This document shows, piece after piece, positions 50,560 to 64,000 of a DNA stretch of 64,000 nucleotides. Made by a program: the position numbers and the translations under genes. The stretch covers positions 4,464,001 to 4,528,000 of the forward strand of contig OY740817.1 in the NCBI GenBank assembly GCA_963514005.1, written 5' to 3'. This DNA comes from Raja brachyura. Lineage: Eukaryota. The stretch's first letter is position 1. Each line of letters opens with the position of its first letter. Below the pieces are notes generated by a model. The model searched no databases, was not told where the DNA came from, and saw only the letters and a program-made list of their open reading frames with translations.

Positions 50560-51455
50560 AATTGCTTCACATTATCACCGACTCCAACTTAATTTACGAA
50601 TTCGCAGACAACATCACCATAGTGGGCCGGATATCAAATAATGACACGGAGTACAAGAAGAGGTTTGAAAAACTTGTAACCTTGTGCCAAGACAAAAACA
50701 TTTCCCTCAATGTCAGCAAGACAAAGAAGATGGTGATCGACTTCAGGAAGTGAAGTGGTACACATACCCGGTATACATCGACGGTGCCAAAGTAGACATG
50801 GAGTAGACTCTTAGGAGTAAATATCACCAGCAACTTGTCCTGGACCAGGCATACTGAAGCAATGGCCTAAAATGCACACCAACACCTCTTTTTCCCAAGA
50901 AGGCTTAGGAGGTTCGGCACACTCCCAACAACTCTCACCTATGTCTACAGATGGGCTGCAGAAAGCATTTTATGGCAATGCGTCACAGCATGGTTTGAGA
51001 TGAGCTCCATCCAAGATCGCAATAAATTGCAGAGAATTGTAGACACAGCTCAGACCATCATGCAAACCAACCTCCATCTACATGTGACACTACCTCGGCA
51101 AGGCCACCAGTGTAATTAATGTCTCCCTCTTCTCCCCTTCCCAACAAGCAAGAGGTACAGAAGTGGGAAAGTGCATACCTCCATATTCTGGGACAGGTTT
51201 TTACCAGCTGTTAACAGACAATTGAACCATTCTATTACCAACTAGAAAACGGTCCTAACCTACCATCTAGCTCATTGGAGACCCTTGGACTATCTTTAAT
51301 CAGACTTTATCTTGCACCAAACTTTATTCTCTTCATTATGTATCTGTAAACTGGAAGGCTTGATTGCAATAATGTATAGTCTTCTGCTGACTGGATACTA
51401 TGCAACAAAGAGCTTTTCACTGTACCTCGGTATACATGACAATAATAAATAAATT
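50560..51455 (+). mobile_element. Rex1/Babar LINE 3' part
   Basis: EFADNITIVGRISNNDTEY...LNVSKTKKMVIDFRK; tail ttttcactgtacctcggtatacatgacaataataaa. Confidence 0.9.
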
Positions 51456-51464
51456 GATTGACAC

Positions 51465-51990
51465 TTCATTAACATGTGACATGTCAGTGAAATTCTGTTT
51501 TGCAGACCATACACATGGTATGCGGAGTCGCCATACATAGGGTACTGACAAAGTTACAAAGTAATCATTATTTTTCATTATTCAGTCCCCAATGGCCTCT
51601 TTGTTCTCAGCAGCACTCACGTGCTGGTCCCACTTTGTTCTTGGTGGCACGTCCTTGACAGACCTCTGGCACACATTGCAGACCCATGCGACCTCCGGTA
51701 TCCACCGCGGCCCCGTCCGACCCGTGCAGTCATCGTGAGCCCGTCCTCAGCTGCCCGCCACCTGGTCCTCTCCTGGATAGCTTAGTGGTGCTCACAGGGA
51801 GCTTTCGATGGCCTTCCTCGCACCCCCAGCGGCCTTCCTCATCCCTCGTCAGCCCACCTCACTCTTGGCGGTTGCAAGCGTCTCTCTTCACTCAACAATT
51901 ATTCCCTGGCGAGCTGGGTCTACCAGGCGGGTCTGACGTCTGCACCGGGAACATTCCCGGACGGGCTGCTTGCCAGGAACTAATCTTACT
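51465..51990 (-). mobile_element. GC-rich non-coding retroposon with Rex1-like tail and structured head
   Basis: Minus-strand tail aatttcactgacatgtcacatg; GC-rich body; multi-hairpin end at 51902-51982. Confidence 0.55.
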
Positions 51991-52559
51991 TATTTTATGC
52001 CCTCAACTGACTCAGGAGGAAGATCACTATCCAGATCAGAGATGGTCTTTTTTCAATGCTTACTTTTCAGAACGATTATTTCTTACATACATCAATTCAT
52101 CTTGGCATCACTGTTCAAGATAACCTTCCACCCCTCAACCAAAAAAATCATCCATCTTGAATCTGCAAGTAATTCCTTTTCTAATTATCAAAATGACATT
52201 ACCATGTGCACATTCATCTTTAAAACATTCATCTTTTTGAATACATACAGCATTAGTATACAATGCAAAACACAACACACCCGGGAAATTGCAAATTTTT
52301 AGGCTTAATGCAAATCCATATCAGCCAGTCCAATGCATATGCAAATCAGAATTATATTGCTACTTTAGTCAGTTTAGAAAAACATACCAATTCATCTCCC
52401 TATTTAAATATTCCAATGACTTGTATAGCACACTTTAAAATACTAGTGCAGGAACTGGCAAGTCTATACGAGAGGATTATTCAACTATAATGCTGACTGT
52501 ATCCAGCTAGAACACTGTCAGTATCTGCCAATGCGTGAGAAACGTCCAGATGTTTAATC

Positions 52560-53250
52560 TGCTCAAATCTGCTTGCTTGACAAGACCATTGGCTGAATTA
52601 GCACAATAGTAAAGAACAGCAGGTTCAGCAGAACAATATGAATGGTAATTGAGAGTGATGCAGTCAGGGAGTGATGCCTTGATAATTTGGAATTAGAAAT
52701 TCTGATATGCATAACATACACATGTTCTTCAATGTTAACATGGCCATCTATGGCCCTGATTTTTGGGACATAGGTGGCCTTGACAGCAGTGAAGAACATG
52801 TGCACATCATGGATATCAGAGTTGCTAATCTCCTACACCATCTGTTCTCTAGATCTTAGGATTTTTGCTGGATCTCCATCTTCCGGTGTCTGCAGATCTG
52901 TTTTATTCACCGTGAGGTACAGTACCTTCAACTTTAGGAATGTATTACATATGCAGTTATTTAGCTCCTGGAACCTCTGGTTATTTTCCAAACAACACCA
53001 GTTATTTCACAGGTGTCGATCATGGTTGCCCTCAGGGAGGTGCGTTGGTTGTGGATACTGGGCGGTTCCTATTGGCTAGATTGAAGTTGGTTCTATTCTT
53101 CACCTATTGGTTCTTTCTTCAGACCATTTTTCTCATGGCAGCATTTTGGAGATATGTTGATGGAGATGACAGAAGAGATGTGGGAGTGATCAGTCCACCT
53201 GTCATTGTACAAGTCATGCAGAGATCCTTATGGTCCTTTACTCAATGATG
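52560..53250 (-). mobile_element. Decayed RTE-type LINE fragment
   Basis: DIHDVHMFFTAVKATYVP resembles an RTE linker motif. Confidence 0.5.
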
Positions 53251-53666
53251 TAAGCTAATAGGTGCCAGTGTCAAGACAAAGCTATTATCAAGAGATAATA
53301 TTCTCATCTTTCTAATGAAATAAGGCAATGGTTGTGACAATATTGTGCTCCAAACATTTTGCTGATCAGAAAATTGCATCTTCACGCTGAACTTATCCAG
53401 GAAGATCAGTTTTTCTCCCTTTAGCTTAAGGGCCAGACTTTCTCCTTGCTCTGTGTAGGAAGTCCACCGTAGTCATCCAGTTAATTTCATTGTTCGTATC
53501 ACTTTATCAACCCGTCCACAACCAAAAATTGTCCTTTCCTGGGTCATCGATGCCGGTTCTGATCTGTTCTCTACCCTTTCTTGCTGATGTCAAATGCAAG
53601 GCCTATTAATTACTATTCCTCAATTGAATAAGTCAATTGTGACCTGGAGTTCTGTCTCCAAATGTA

Positions 53667-53826
53667 CAGTCCTTCATAATGTTTGGGAAAAAGACCCATC
53701 ATTTACCTATTTGCCTCTGTACTCCACAATTGTTTTGTTTGTAATAGGAAAAATCACACGCGGTTAAAGTGCACAGTCAGATTTTAATAAAGGCCATGTT
53801 TATACATTTTGGTTTCACCATGTAGA
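53667..53826 (+). mobile_element. Tc1 ITR fragment
   Basis: Matches 40048-40205 (cataatgtttgg..aaagacccatc...tacattttggtttcaccatgt). Confidence 0.85.
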
Positions 53827-54308
53827 AGTTGGCGGACTCTTGCTGGGGACCAACTTTGGGAGCTCCAACCACGGGAGCCTGCAGGACTCAACATGGTGGA
53901 GCTGGCGGTCCCCGTCGGGGATCGACCTCTGAAGCTCCAACCGTGGGAGCCTGCGAACTTTAACATCGTGGAGCTCATCGTCCCTGGTTAGGGTCTGACC
54001 GGGAGTCCCAGGCCACAGGAGCTACGACCACCCCGATCGCGGGAGCTTCGACCGCCCCGACGTGGGGCTTCTTTCGCCAGTTGTGGGAGTTTCGATCGCC
54101 CAGACTGCGATGGTTCAACTGCCCCAACGCAGAAGAATAAAGAGGGAAGATTTGACTTTATTGCCTTTTATCAGTGAGGAATGTAGAATCTGCTGTGGTG
54201 GATGTTTATGTTAACTTTTATGTAGTTGTGTGTCTTGTTGCTTTTTTTAGTATGGCTGTATGGTAAATCGCATATCACTGTACCTCAATTGGTACACGTG
54301 ACAATAAA
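53827..54308 (+). mobile_element. GC-rich retroposon with internal subrepeats and Rex1-like tail
   Basis: Repeated gggagcttcgaccgccccga units; tail tcactgtacctcaattggtacacgtgacaataaa. Confidence 0.75.
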
Positions 54309-54499
54309 ATACGTTGAACATTTTCTGGAGTCACATTACGGTGAAGGTTGGCATCAGTGATGAAATACACCATCTTCAGTGTTTCAATACAACATTTGGT
54401 TGACTGAAAGGGCCTTAAAAACCAAAAATCAAGACTTCAATCATGGCACAAAAATAAATATTTACTACATATCAGTGCTCCTTGCCCTCTAATGTACCT

Positions 54500-54860
54500 C
54501 AGAGACTTGAACTACCTGCTACAGGTAATTCAAAGCACTGTCCACAGATACATATCCTTCAAATTCACTGGAAGGCTGTGGAAAATATCATCCAAGGTCA
54601 AATTCCTAGCCTTGAGCATACTCACACTCAGTTGGCTCTATCGAGCAGACTATGCAGCTTGTGTCCTTGACATCACAAAACAAATACATTATTCCCAACT
54701 CTGGCACAGAAAAGAGATTACCAAGCACACGGAATAGATTCAAGGATATTTTCAAACCCTCCTTGCAAATAAAAAGTATCAATCTATGACTCATTAGAAG
54801 CCTTCTTGATCCAGAACTGTTCAAAGAGATAAGGAGCATTTGGAGTGGCACAGAGTACCC
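54500..54860 (+). mobile_element. RTE-type LINE 3' fragment
   Basis: ILQIHW and KQIHYSQL.H.KRLP...RFKDIFK.SL motifs across frameshifts. Confidence 0.55.
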
Positions 54861-57519
54861 CAAATGACCAATATATACACCATACTCAGAAATACCATGT
54901 AAATGACGGAAAGTATACTGCTTTACAAACTATCCACTTGCCCATCCTGCAACCCTTGCTCCCTCTGTGAAAGAGTCAGCAGTTCACACATGGTACTCCT
55001 CAAATGACTCAGAACCCATGGAACTGGAATAGAAGTCTTCCACAATATCAAGGGATATTCTAAGGAAGAGTGGGCATGTTAAATGCTCTATAGTTTATAA
55101 CATTACTCTCCAAAGACAATATGGGGATGGTTGGATAATCACATGATTCCCTGAGTAACCAAAAAACTGTTGACCCATCTTCAATGAACACGACTTAAAT
55201 TCATGAAGATTCACAATTCTTAGGGAAGAATATTTCCCTCAAAGTCCTAAATAGTTAATTTGTTATTCTGAGATAAATTCTTTATTTTACTCGTCAAATG
55301 ATCAAACCTGACAAAAATACAGATACATTTATTCCCCAGACAATTTATTTTCAGAATTTCATACATCTAATTTAAATTTATTTTAGTATTGGGCTTAAAC
55401 ATTTTTTCAAAACTTTAAAATATGGATAACATACAGATTAGAGTAATATTCTAGATTTAAAGACAATTGGAAAATAGCTCATGTCAGGTGGACACGTAGC
55501 AACAATACTGTAGCTCCAATACAAGTCAAGGTTAAACAATTACTTTTCATTTATGTCTGGAAGGTAATTTAAATTAAAGTCTCTTGTTAAAAATGACCCA
55601 AAAGGAACACAATTAATGCTCATGGCATGTCCAAATTTTCTGCTTCAGATATAACTGGATGAGAACCTATGAACCTGCTGTTTTTAACCACCTGACTTCT
55701 CAAGCCTCCTCACCATTGAATAAGATCATGGTTCACCTAACTGCATAGTACACTCCACAATTCAATTTACAGCAGTAACCTTTCTTTGCCTTGCTTTTCA
55801 AGTACCTACCTCCACCTTAAAAATGTTCTGACTATGCACTGTCATGAGGAAGATAGTTTTAAAAAACTCACAACTATTGAGAAAATTTAGCCTTATCTAT
55901 GTCATATAACAGGTTTCCTCACATGAAAAAAAATTACTCGCTACATCCATCTTATCGAAACTTCTTAGGATCTTTTATGTCCCCATTACTCTTCCAAACA
56001 CAGGTGATGACAAGCCTAGCGTGTCCAACCTTTCCTCATAGGACAATACATCTCTGGAGAACATGGATAGGTGACATTTCAGGTCAGGATCCTTTTTCAG
56101 ACTGAGCAGAGATCACGGAGGGGGAGCAGTGAGGGAGAGTTTCACAGAACACCCATCAGAGAACTTCTTCAAAGTAGGCATACCTTATGCCTCTCATAAC
56201 TTTATATGCTTCTATCAGATCTTTATTTTGTCAATATTGGATACATTTCTATTCGTTGCAAATAATTCTATATTTCATTTTACGTATATTTTGTATCATC
56301 CTTTGCCAAAATGTGACTACCTATTTGGCTTCAAGATCTAACTTATCAAAGATTTTTTTCCCTCCTAATTACTTCGGCTGGGAGCCTTGGAATAACCCTT
56401 CTGCGTTGAAACATTATTAACTTCCCTATTAAAAGGTATAGGTATAAATACCATTTTTTTCAAAGCACGGCAATAAATTTGTGCAAGATAATTGCTTTAC
56501 TTCAGTAACTTGAATGCCCAAGTTGAATTTTTTTTAATACCTACAAAGATAATTACAGAATCATCTATCACCAAAAGTTCATTTTCAGAGCATTGTAAAT
56601 TCTGCTGTGCAGTATCGGAATAACATGCACTTTTATACAACAATAGTCATTCCTCCTTACTTGCTCATAGCCTTGACTCGTTTTAGCACTAAGTACTAAG
56701 CAAAAGGGCAGGACAAATACAAGAGATGCTAATCAGCATCCGATTGTTGAGTAGTACGTAAATGATCATGCACCCACAGACATTGCTCAATTCCGCAGCA
56801 TGTGCTGCAACTCCAGTTGCCATTTCTCACGCCCTACTCAGCTGCACTTCTGCTGCCCCAGGCATTAGTTCCTTTCGTTTCCAGGAGACGGCTGACAGTT
56901 GCTGAGCAACCAGACTAATAATTAGCTCAAAGTAGGCTAAAACAGTTGGGCAGAATGCCAGTATTGAACAGAATAAATTCTGTTCTCCAAATCCATTGGC
57001 AGAATAAGCGAACCAGTGTTAGCATCCTCTCCCAAGCCAAGATCTCCACTGTTGAGGTTGTAATTCACTCTTGTGAGAAAACCATGTAGTTCACATGCCT
57101 GATACCAGGCAACCAAAACAGACATGTATTTGGACTCCATTTAATTTCCTGTTGTGGTTGAGCTCAGAGAGATCTTCTCAGAGCCTCTAAGAAAATGTAA
57201 CCACTTTGATTTGAGGGAGTCACTGATAAATAACTCAGAATGGTGAACAAGCATGACATGGAGAACTTCAAGTCCATTTCTTTAAACACGCAAAGGTAAA
57301 ATGTAAATTATGAAGTGTTCCCACTCTCAAACTATCCACATGTGTGCCCATGTCGTGACAGTCTGCAGGATCAACAAAGAGGTCTGTCACCTCAGAATGT
57401 GCGATTCTCAACCCTGAGGGACAGCCTAAGTGAACAAGGGACACAAGATTCAGAAGCAAAATACGAGGAATAAATAAGTGCAAAATATATGCCACAATTA
57501 GCATTAATTGCACCGATGA

Positions 57520-58162
57520 GGAAATGTTTGAGAACTTCAAGTTCGTTGGTGTTAAATTACCAATGATCTGTCATGGACCATCCATATTAATGCGACAGTC
57601 AAGAAGGCACAGCAACGCCTCTACTTCTGTAGGTGATTGAGGAAATGCGACATGTCTCCAATGACTGTTACACCGTAGAAAGCATACTGTAAGGTTGCAT
57701 CACAACTGGGTTTGGGAACAGCTCTGCCCAAGAAATTAACAGAAAGATATTGCTGAGTTGTAAATGTAACCTAGTGCATCACAGTGTAGAATCCCCATGA
57801 TCTACGCCATCTATACTGCACAATGCTTCGAACAGTCTTGCCCAACCCATATCATTCCTTCTTCGCTAAAGGTATAGAAGTTTCAAACACATCCCATCAA
57901 ACTCAGAAACAGCTTCTTCATGTGTCACCTGCTTCCATAAGCTAGAGTACTGTCTGAGTCACCTCTACCCCATTGTAGACATTGGACTTTGTCTAAGAAA
58001 CTGTTGCGGCACAATGCCAAGAACTATATTCTGTACTTTGTATCTTCCCCTTTGCAATGCCTATTGAGGTTGAGCATTGTATTCTCTGATCTATTTGGAA
58101 AGCATGCAAAACTAAGTTTTTCACTGTACCTCAGTACATGTGACAATAATAAACCTAAACCC
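57520..58162 (+). mobile_element. Rex1 LINE 3' part
   Basis: NFKFVGV...KKAQQRLYF; tail tttcactgtacctcagtacatgtgacaataataaa. Confidence 0.85.
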
Positions 58163-59677
58163 AAGCCTCGATGGGAAGATGGAAGGTTGATTTTATAGAA
58201 ATAACGTTTGATATAGACTCCAAGTTGATTCGCCAGATAGGCTGCAAATGTGACATTTTGAACAGGGAAAGTAGGCCATCTGCCCCTTGCAGTTATAGCC
58301 AATCATCGCCATAGCACCATATCTCTGAACTATCCCCATATCCTTCATATCAAGAGATCAAAGCTTTGAATGAACTCAATGATTTAAGTTTCCAAATCCT
58401 TAAGGGCAGGAAATCCCAAAGATTCACCAGCCACTGCTTAAACAAAAATCATCCTCATCTCAGTCCTACTTGAAGACTGCAACCTCTATGTTCAAGACTC
58501 CTCAATCATATGAAACCTCATCCCCTATTAGCTGTGATCATCATGGAATAGACCATCCTAAAATAGTAGTCTTTGCTACCATACAACAATCCCAAGAAAG
58601 GGAACAAAGAAATATGCTTCTGGAATACCGGACAAGTTTGATGTCTTTTTGCTAATTTATCTAATTTTAATATTCAGGACCAAGAAAATAAATTAAGACT
58701 TTACCTCACTGGTTATATTACAAATCTGAGTAACTATTACTTGGTTCCACACACTAAATACTTGAAAAATCACGAGTTACAGCCTCCACCATCCATAGCT
58801 GTTTGACCTTAAACTGTTCTGCCAAAATCAAAGTGCCAATCATTTTCAAAACAAGAATAGATTTAACTCTGCCCATATGAGGAACACTGCAAACCATGTG
58901 CTTCATATACCATGACAGGTGAGCAGCATTTTACTGCCCCTCATCGTCAGACCAAGTGTTATAAATTCCTCAATTAAAAATAAATGAAAACACTCAGATA
59001 TCTAGAGACGCAAGAGGCTGCAGATGTTGGAATCTTGAGGAAAAACAAAATGCTGGATGAACTAAGCAGGCCAAGAATGGAAAAGGACAGCTGACGTTTC
59101 AGGTCGTAACAACGATGACTCACAGATGCTGCCTGGAAGGCCAAGCACTTTGTTTTTTTGTTCAACAGATCTCTTGCTCTTTCAAATAGTGATTGGAATT
59201 GTAGCTCAGCTGAGTGGATGAAGGAAATTACAGTCCTTCCAAACAAGTCTATTCTGAATTTTTCAAATGAGTCTTGATTTTGCTTGATGAATACATGGTT
59301 ATGCAGAAGCACAAATTAAATTAATCTCAATTCCAACGAGTTGTATTAAGAAGATGAATTAAGAAATTCCAGCATAGAAGAACACAATGTGATTCGAAGT
59401 AATATCTGTCCAGGATTTTGGGGTGGATGTAATTTTTTTTCCTGACCTTCTTCCTTAACAAAGCAAAACTATTTTGCCTACATCTTCTACATCCTCATAC
59501 ATTTTGATTGGTCTGCACTATGTTAAGCAAATTACTTTGTTCCCCAGTAGTCTCGATGATGTGAAGGAAACAGTGATGGAAGTTATGGAATCTTAAGTTC
59601 TGAAATCCTCACTGCTGACAAATGTAGTGTTAAGGATTACACCAGTGGAAGTGAAAAAGATTAATCTTATATATTAA

Positions 59678-59775
59678 AGGTAGGCAAAAATGCTGGAGAA
59701 ACTCAGCGGGTGAGGCAGCATCTAAGGAGCGAAGGAATAGGTGACGTTTTGGGTCAAGACCCTTCCTCAGACTGT
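59678..59775 (-). mobile_element. Penelope-derived mini-element
   Basis: Minus strand CTGAGGA-AGGGTCTTGACCC-AAAACGTC...gctgagtttctccagca. Confidence 0.75.
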
Positions 59776-59869
59776 CAGATATCGACATATCAGACAAAAG
59801 TTCAATTGGAGATCTAAAATCTAATTCAGTGATTAATTTCTGTAGAATATTTAATATTGGTCACTTTTC

Positions 59870-60570
59870 TTTTTAAACCAATGAAGAGTGAGTGAGTATG
59901 GTAAATGTAGAGCAGATGAATCTAGGATTATAAATACAAAGTTCCCTGAAAATGGTGCTGTAGGTAGCTAGGAAAGTCCTTTGGCACACTGGCTTTCATC
60001 AGTCGGTCAAGTGAGTATAGAAGTTGGGATGTTGTTTTACACTTGTACATGATGCTGATGAGGTGACTTTTGGAGTATTGTGTTCAGTTTTGGTAATCTA
60101 TGATGTTGGAAAGATTCTATTGAGCTGGAAAGTGTACAGCGAAGATTTATGAGATTTATGAGGATGTTGGCAGGACTCGTACTGAGCTACAGGGAGAGAT
60201 TGGCCAGGCTGGGAGGTGCATTTACCTTGGGTGCACAGGAGGCCGAGAGTTGATCTTTTAGAGATGTAAAATCAGGAGTAGATGGGGTAATTGCACTATT
60301 TTTTTTCAAGGGGAATTGAAGGTGAGAGGGGAAGATTTAATAGGAACCTGAGGGACAACATTTTCACACAGACTATGGTGAATATATGGAACGAGTTACC
60401 TGAAGTAGCCGAGCCAGATACAATTACAATGATTAAAAGACATTTTGATAGATACACGGATAGAAAAAGTTCACAGGAATATGAGCCAAATGGGACTAGC
60501 TTAGACGAGCTATCTTGGTCAGCACTGATGGACTGGGCTGATGGGCCTGTTTAGGTGCTGTGTGACTAAT
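59870..60570 (+). mobile_element. CR1 LINE 3' fragment
   Basis: LEYCVQFW and RFNRNLRDNIFTQTMVNIWNELP, followed by a CR1 tail. Confidence 0.85.
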
Positions 60571-60599
60571 ACTCCTGTGATTCAAGTTAGTTAATATAT

Positions 60600-60780
60600 A
60601 AGATTGAATGTTTAAGAAAGAACTGCAGATGCTGGAAAAATCAAACGGTAGACAAAAATGCTGAAGAAACTCAGCGGGTGAGGCAGCATCTATGGAGCGA
60701 AGGAATATGTGACGTTTTGGATCGAGACCCTTCTTCAGATTTTTCCAGCATCTGCAGTTGCTCCTTAAACATTCTATCTT
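60600..60780. mobile_element. Fold-back Penelope-derived mini-element
   Basis: About 40-bp inverted ends aagattgaatgtttaagaaagaactgcagatgctggaaaa and ttttccagcatctgcagttgctccttaaacattctatctt, enclosing a minus-strand hammerhead-like core. Confidence 0.78.
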
Positions 60781-63700
60781 TCACTGCTGTTTTCAGTGCA
60801 CGCATCTTAGAATATGACTCTATACTTTATCATTCAGGCAGCAAAGAGTAATTGGCTACTGAGTCATAGACAAAGAAAGAATGGACCATATAACATTTCT
60901 CATATTTTGCTACAAGTCAGTCATGTAATTGAAGCACTGGTTCACAATACCTCAAGAATATCAGTTTGAATGCTGGGGAGCAGCATCAATATAAGCTGGA
61001 TACTTTAAAAAATAAAGTGCAGAACTACAGGTGCTTCATAAATAAGGCTAGAAATATTCTCCAATATTAATAGAAAAAAATATTGATACAATTAAAAGTT
61101 GAAACTTCTAAATATCAATAACTGCTATAGATGCACAGTTATTATTGTCAGAAACATAGTAATATTATACAGATAAACAGATAGTATTATTATTATTACT
61201 ACTACAAAAAGCTGGAGGAACTCAGCGGGTTAGGGGACTGCTATCCTTAATCCACATAGTTTTGAGACAAGAAAGAAAAAGAAATTCAATTCCACTACTC
61301 CAAATGATCCTGACAATTTTCTCTAAAATATCTTGCTTCCAATTTGCCCATAACAAAGCATCATAATATCATTGCTTAAAATTATGAAACAACCTCCTGA
61401 TGCAAGTTTAAGATTTTAAAGTTGCTTAAGCTTTTTTTTTCTCTTTACACAAGAAAAATAAAGGCAACTCCTTAATCTAAAATTGCAATAGAGTATTTTT
61501 CCCCCCCACATTGTAGAACAGATAGGTTCTGGGGTCAAAAACAGCATGGAAATAAATGTTGCTGCTCATGGATTGGCATGTGTTATAGACATGGAAGTTT
61601 TAAATCAACATAATCTTCAAAAAGGTGTAACTTTATACGATCCAGGTGAATGAAATGGTGGTCATCAGTTTCTTTTGCCAATTAGAGATAATGTTATTAT
61701 TTAAAAAAAACATACGATTGACTTCAAAAGTGCTGTTATTTATGGTGCAGGAGTTTCCATTTTGGAAATATGATTTTTAATCATTGCAGTTGGATAAATC
61801 CATAATCGCTCATCAGGTGTACTCAAAGAACAAGCATACATATTAGCAAATCATCTGGCACTACCGAGGATAATGATCCTTTGTTAACTTGAACTGCTTT
61901 TCCTCAGGGAATTAACAAATCTACAAAAAGTTGTACATTTTGAGGTCATTCACTAGGTCAATGCAACATCTTGTAAATTCCAGGCATCTTGTTGTTTATA
62001 CTCCTGGTCACATTTTATATTACTACTGGAAAAATACATGCAGATGGGAATTTAAAAAATCCAGGAGTCGAATTAATCAATATTCTATTTTTGCATAGCG
62101 TATGATGGTAGCATTATTTCCAGAGCCACTTTGTATTTTGTTTTTTTATTGTGACATCAATAGCATACTAGTCTTAAAGTTGAAAAATGTATGAATTTCC
62201 ACCACCCCAATCGCTTAAAACGAAAAAGTTACATTAAATGTAGCATCCCAGTTCACCATTCCCACCAAAAGGAACATCATCTTTTAGCCTAACAAACTGA
62301 CATTTGACGAACATACAAATTCCATCAAATTCCTATTTATAATTTGTGAAATCATCAAAAATGTAACTGTAATACTAGTCATATTTCACCACAATTATTT
62401 TGAAGAGAGCGGTTAAACCACTTGAGGGCACTGATGACACTTCTTACACCAAAATTTGTGAAAGGCAAGGAATAGTCCCAGCACAATTTGGAGTACTGAA
62501 TCTATAAATGCTAAATCCTTTTGAATATAGAAACTGAGAATTGTGCAACGAAAACCAACAGTGATTAATTTCACAAAAACAAGTTAAATACAAGAATTAT
62601 GAATATTTAATGGCTTTATTCTTCCTTACCTGCAAGCATTACTGCACAATGCTGATGAAATTGGAAATGTTTAATTTATAATTTGAGCATACCATTTAGA
62701 TGAAAGCATCATACAAAATAAGATATGCAAGATACAAAAAGCAAGCACACTGATGTCATAAGAATATGATTTATTCTTTTTCTCAGCTCTTAATGTAGCA
62801 CAACCACACACTAAACATGCCTGTTAGGACATGCATTATTTTAGAGTGCTCACTGAGCGACCATCTTAACTTTGTAGAAAGTTTGGAAAATTAGAGAGAG
62901 AAAAAAGCTGTGGAATTTTTAGTAGTCAAAGCTTTAACACAGTAACAAAATTATCAATTAATTTGATGTGTGTGTGTGAGAGAAATAATTCAAATCAGAT
63001 GAATAGTGTATTTTTATATTTATTGTAATAATGCCATGGGAGCACACATGATACGATATATCAGCAGAGTTGGGCTTATCAGTTTATTAGAATCTATTTC
63101 CAAACATTTCGTTTTCCCTTCTTCCTCTGCGCTAATCACTACAGAAACCTCATTAACCACATCAAGAAATTCCAGTTTTATTGTGCATAAACTGGCTCAT
63201 GAGATGGTAATCTGGACACTCACTTAACCTCTTTTGCTCCTGGGCACACAGAAGGCAAGAAAAAAAATCTCTTTGCTGTATTCTATATGCATCTTGTGCC
63301 AAAAATGTAATTATAATTTCTAAAAAATAAATGAACATGAACTATGCTCATTAGATTATTTACAAAACCTGCTGCTAATGTGCATATGGCTGATTCAAAA
63401 CCTGATTATTCATCTATCTTCAAACCTTCTAGAGCTGAATTAATTAATCATTGGGTGATTTGGCTTGGAGAAAGTCAATTGAGATTGATGATGCAGGATG
63501 TTTTACACTCCTGTAGGCAAAAATCAACACTTGAAACTTTAGTCATAATTCAAACTAGATATTATACCAGGTTGTTAATACAGTGCTTAAAATTCTTTAA
63601 TTCATAACGTGTGCAGGTGAGTACAAGCGACGCATGTTAATATTTCAGATAAACACTTTAGCAAAAGGCAAATAAGAATGTAAAGTTCATTTTCTGTTAC

Positions 63701-64000
63701 AATGTTCAATAGCAAGGTATGCTATTTAAGTTATGGGAAAATTCAAATAGAGTAATAACTTTTGCAGCATTCCTAAAACATCTATTTTTAAACAAATAAG
63801 TTTGCATTTGAATAGAATCATCCAAGGATATCAGATTGCCAATTGTAACTAATGAAGTACTTCTATCTCACTTGTTTGGTCAATAATGATTCCTAGAAAA
63901 TATCACCAATTTTGTACATTTATTTAAAATCATGTGATTGAGATGCTAAAACATTGATTGTTAACACCTGGAAGTGTTACAATCACAATATATAATGTCT

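Noticed and set aside
62620-63625. Isolated consensus donors (minus strand at about 62629, plus strand CAG|gtgagt at about 63618) and a minus-strand donor at 49350
   Set aside because: No convincing matching acceptor or reading frame was found, and such matches are expected by chance in 64 kb.

Overview
AT-rich vertebrate genomic DNA. The repeat landscape (HE1-type SINEs, CR1 3' ends, Rex1/Babar, Penelope termini, Deu-domain SINEs) points to a cartilaginous fish, probably a skate or ray; this assignment is inferred. The only cellular gene is the 5' part of ATF7IP (MCAF1, the SETDB1 partner) on the minus strand. Five coding exons can be read with consistent splice phases: 17392-16297, 14511-14461, 13106-12937, 10899-10762 and 7987-7907. 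The rest of the gene lies beyond position 1 or was not recognised. Upstream (17.4-64 kb) is non-coding: a TE-poor, motif-rich block at about 18.3-22.9 kb with a candidate alternative first exon, and a small CpG-rich promoter-like region at about 50 kb with splice signals on both strands. The remainder is decayed and often nested TEs: L1/Tx1, L2, CR1, Rex1, RTE, Vingi, Penelope, Tc1, and Harbinger- and Tc1/pogo-type MITEs. The most notable observations are many dispersed Penelope-derived mini-elements with hammerhead-ribozyme-like cores, several in fold-back arrangement; a family of GC-rich non-coding retroposons that share a Rex1-type 3' tail, one with a strongly structured head; and the conserved H3K9-mimic ARKT motif at K16 of ATF7IP. 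Repeat families were assigned by eye and repeat boundaries are approximate.
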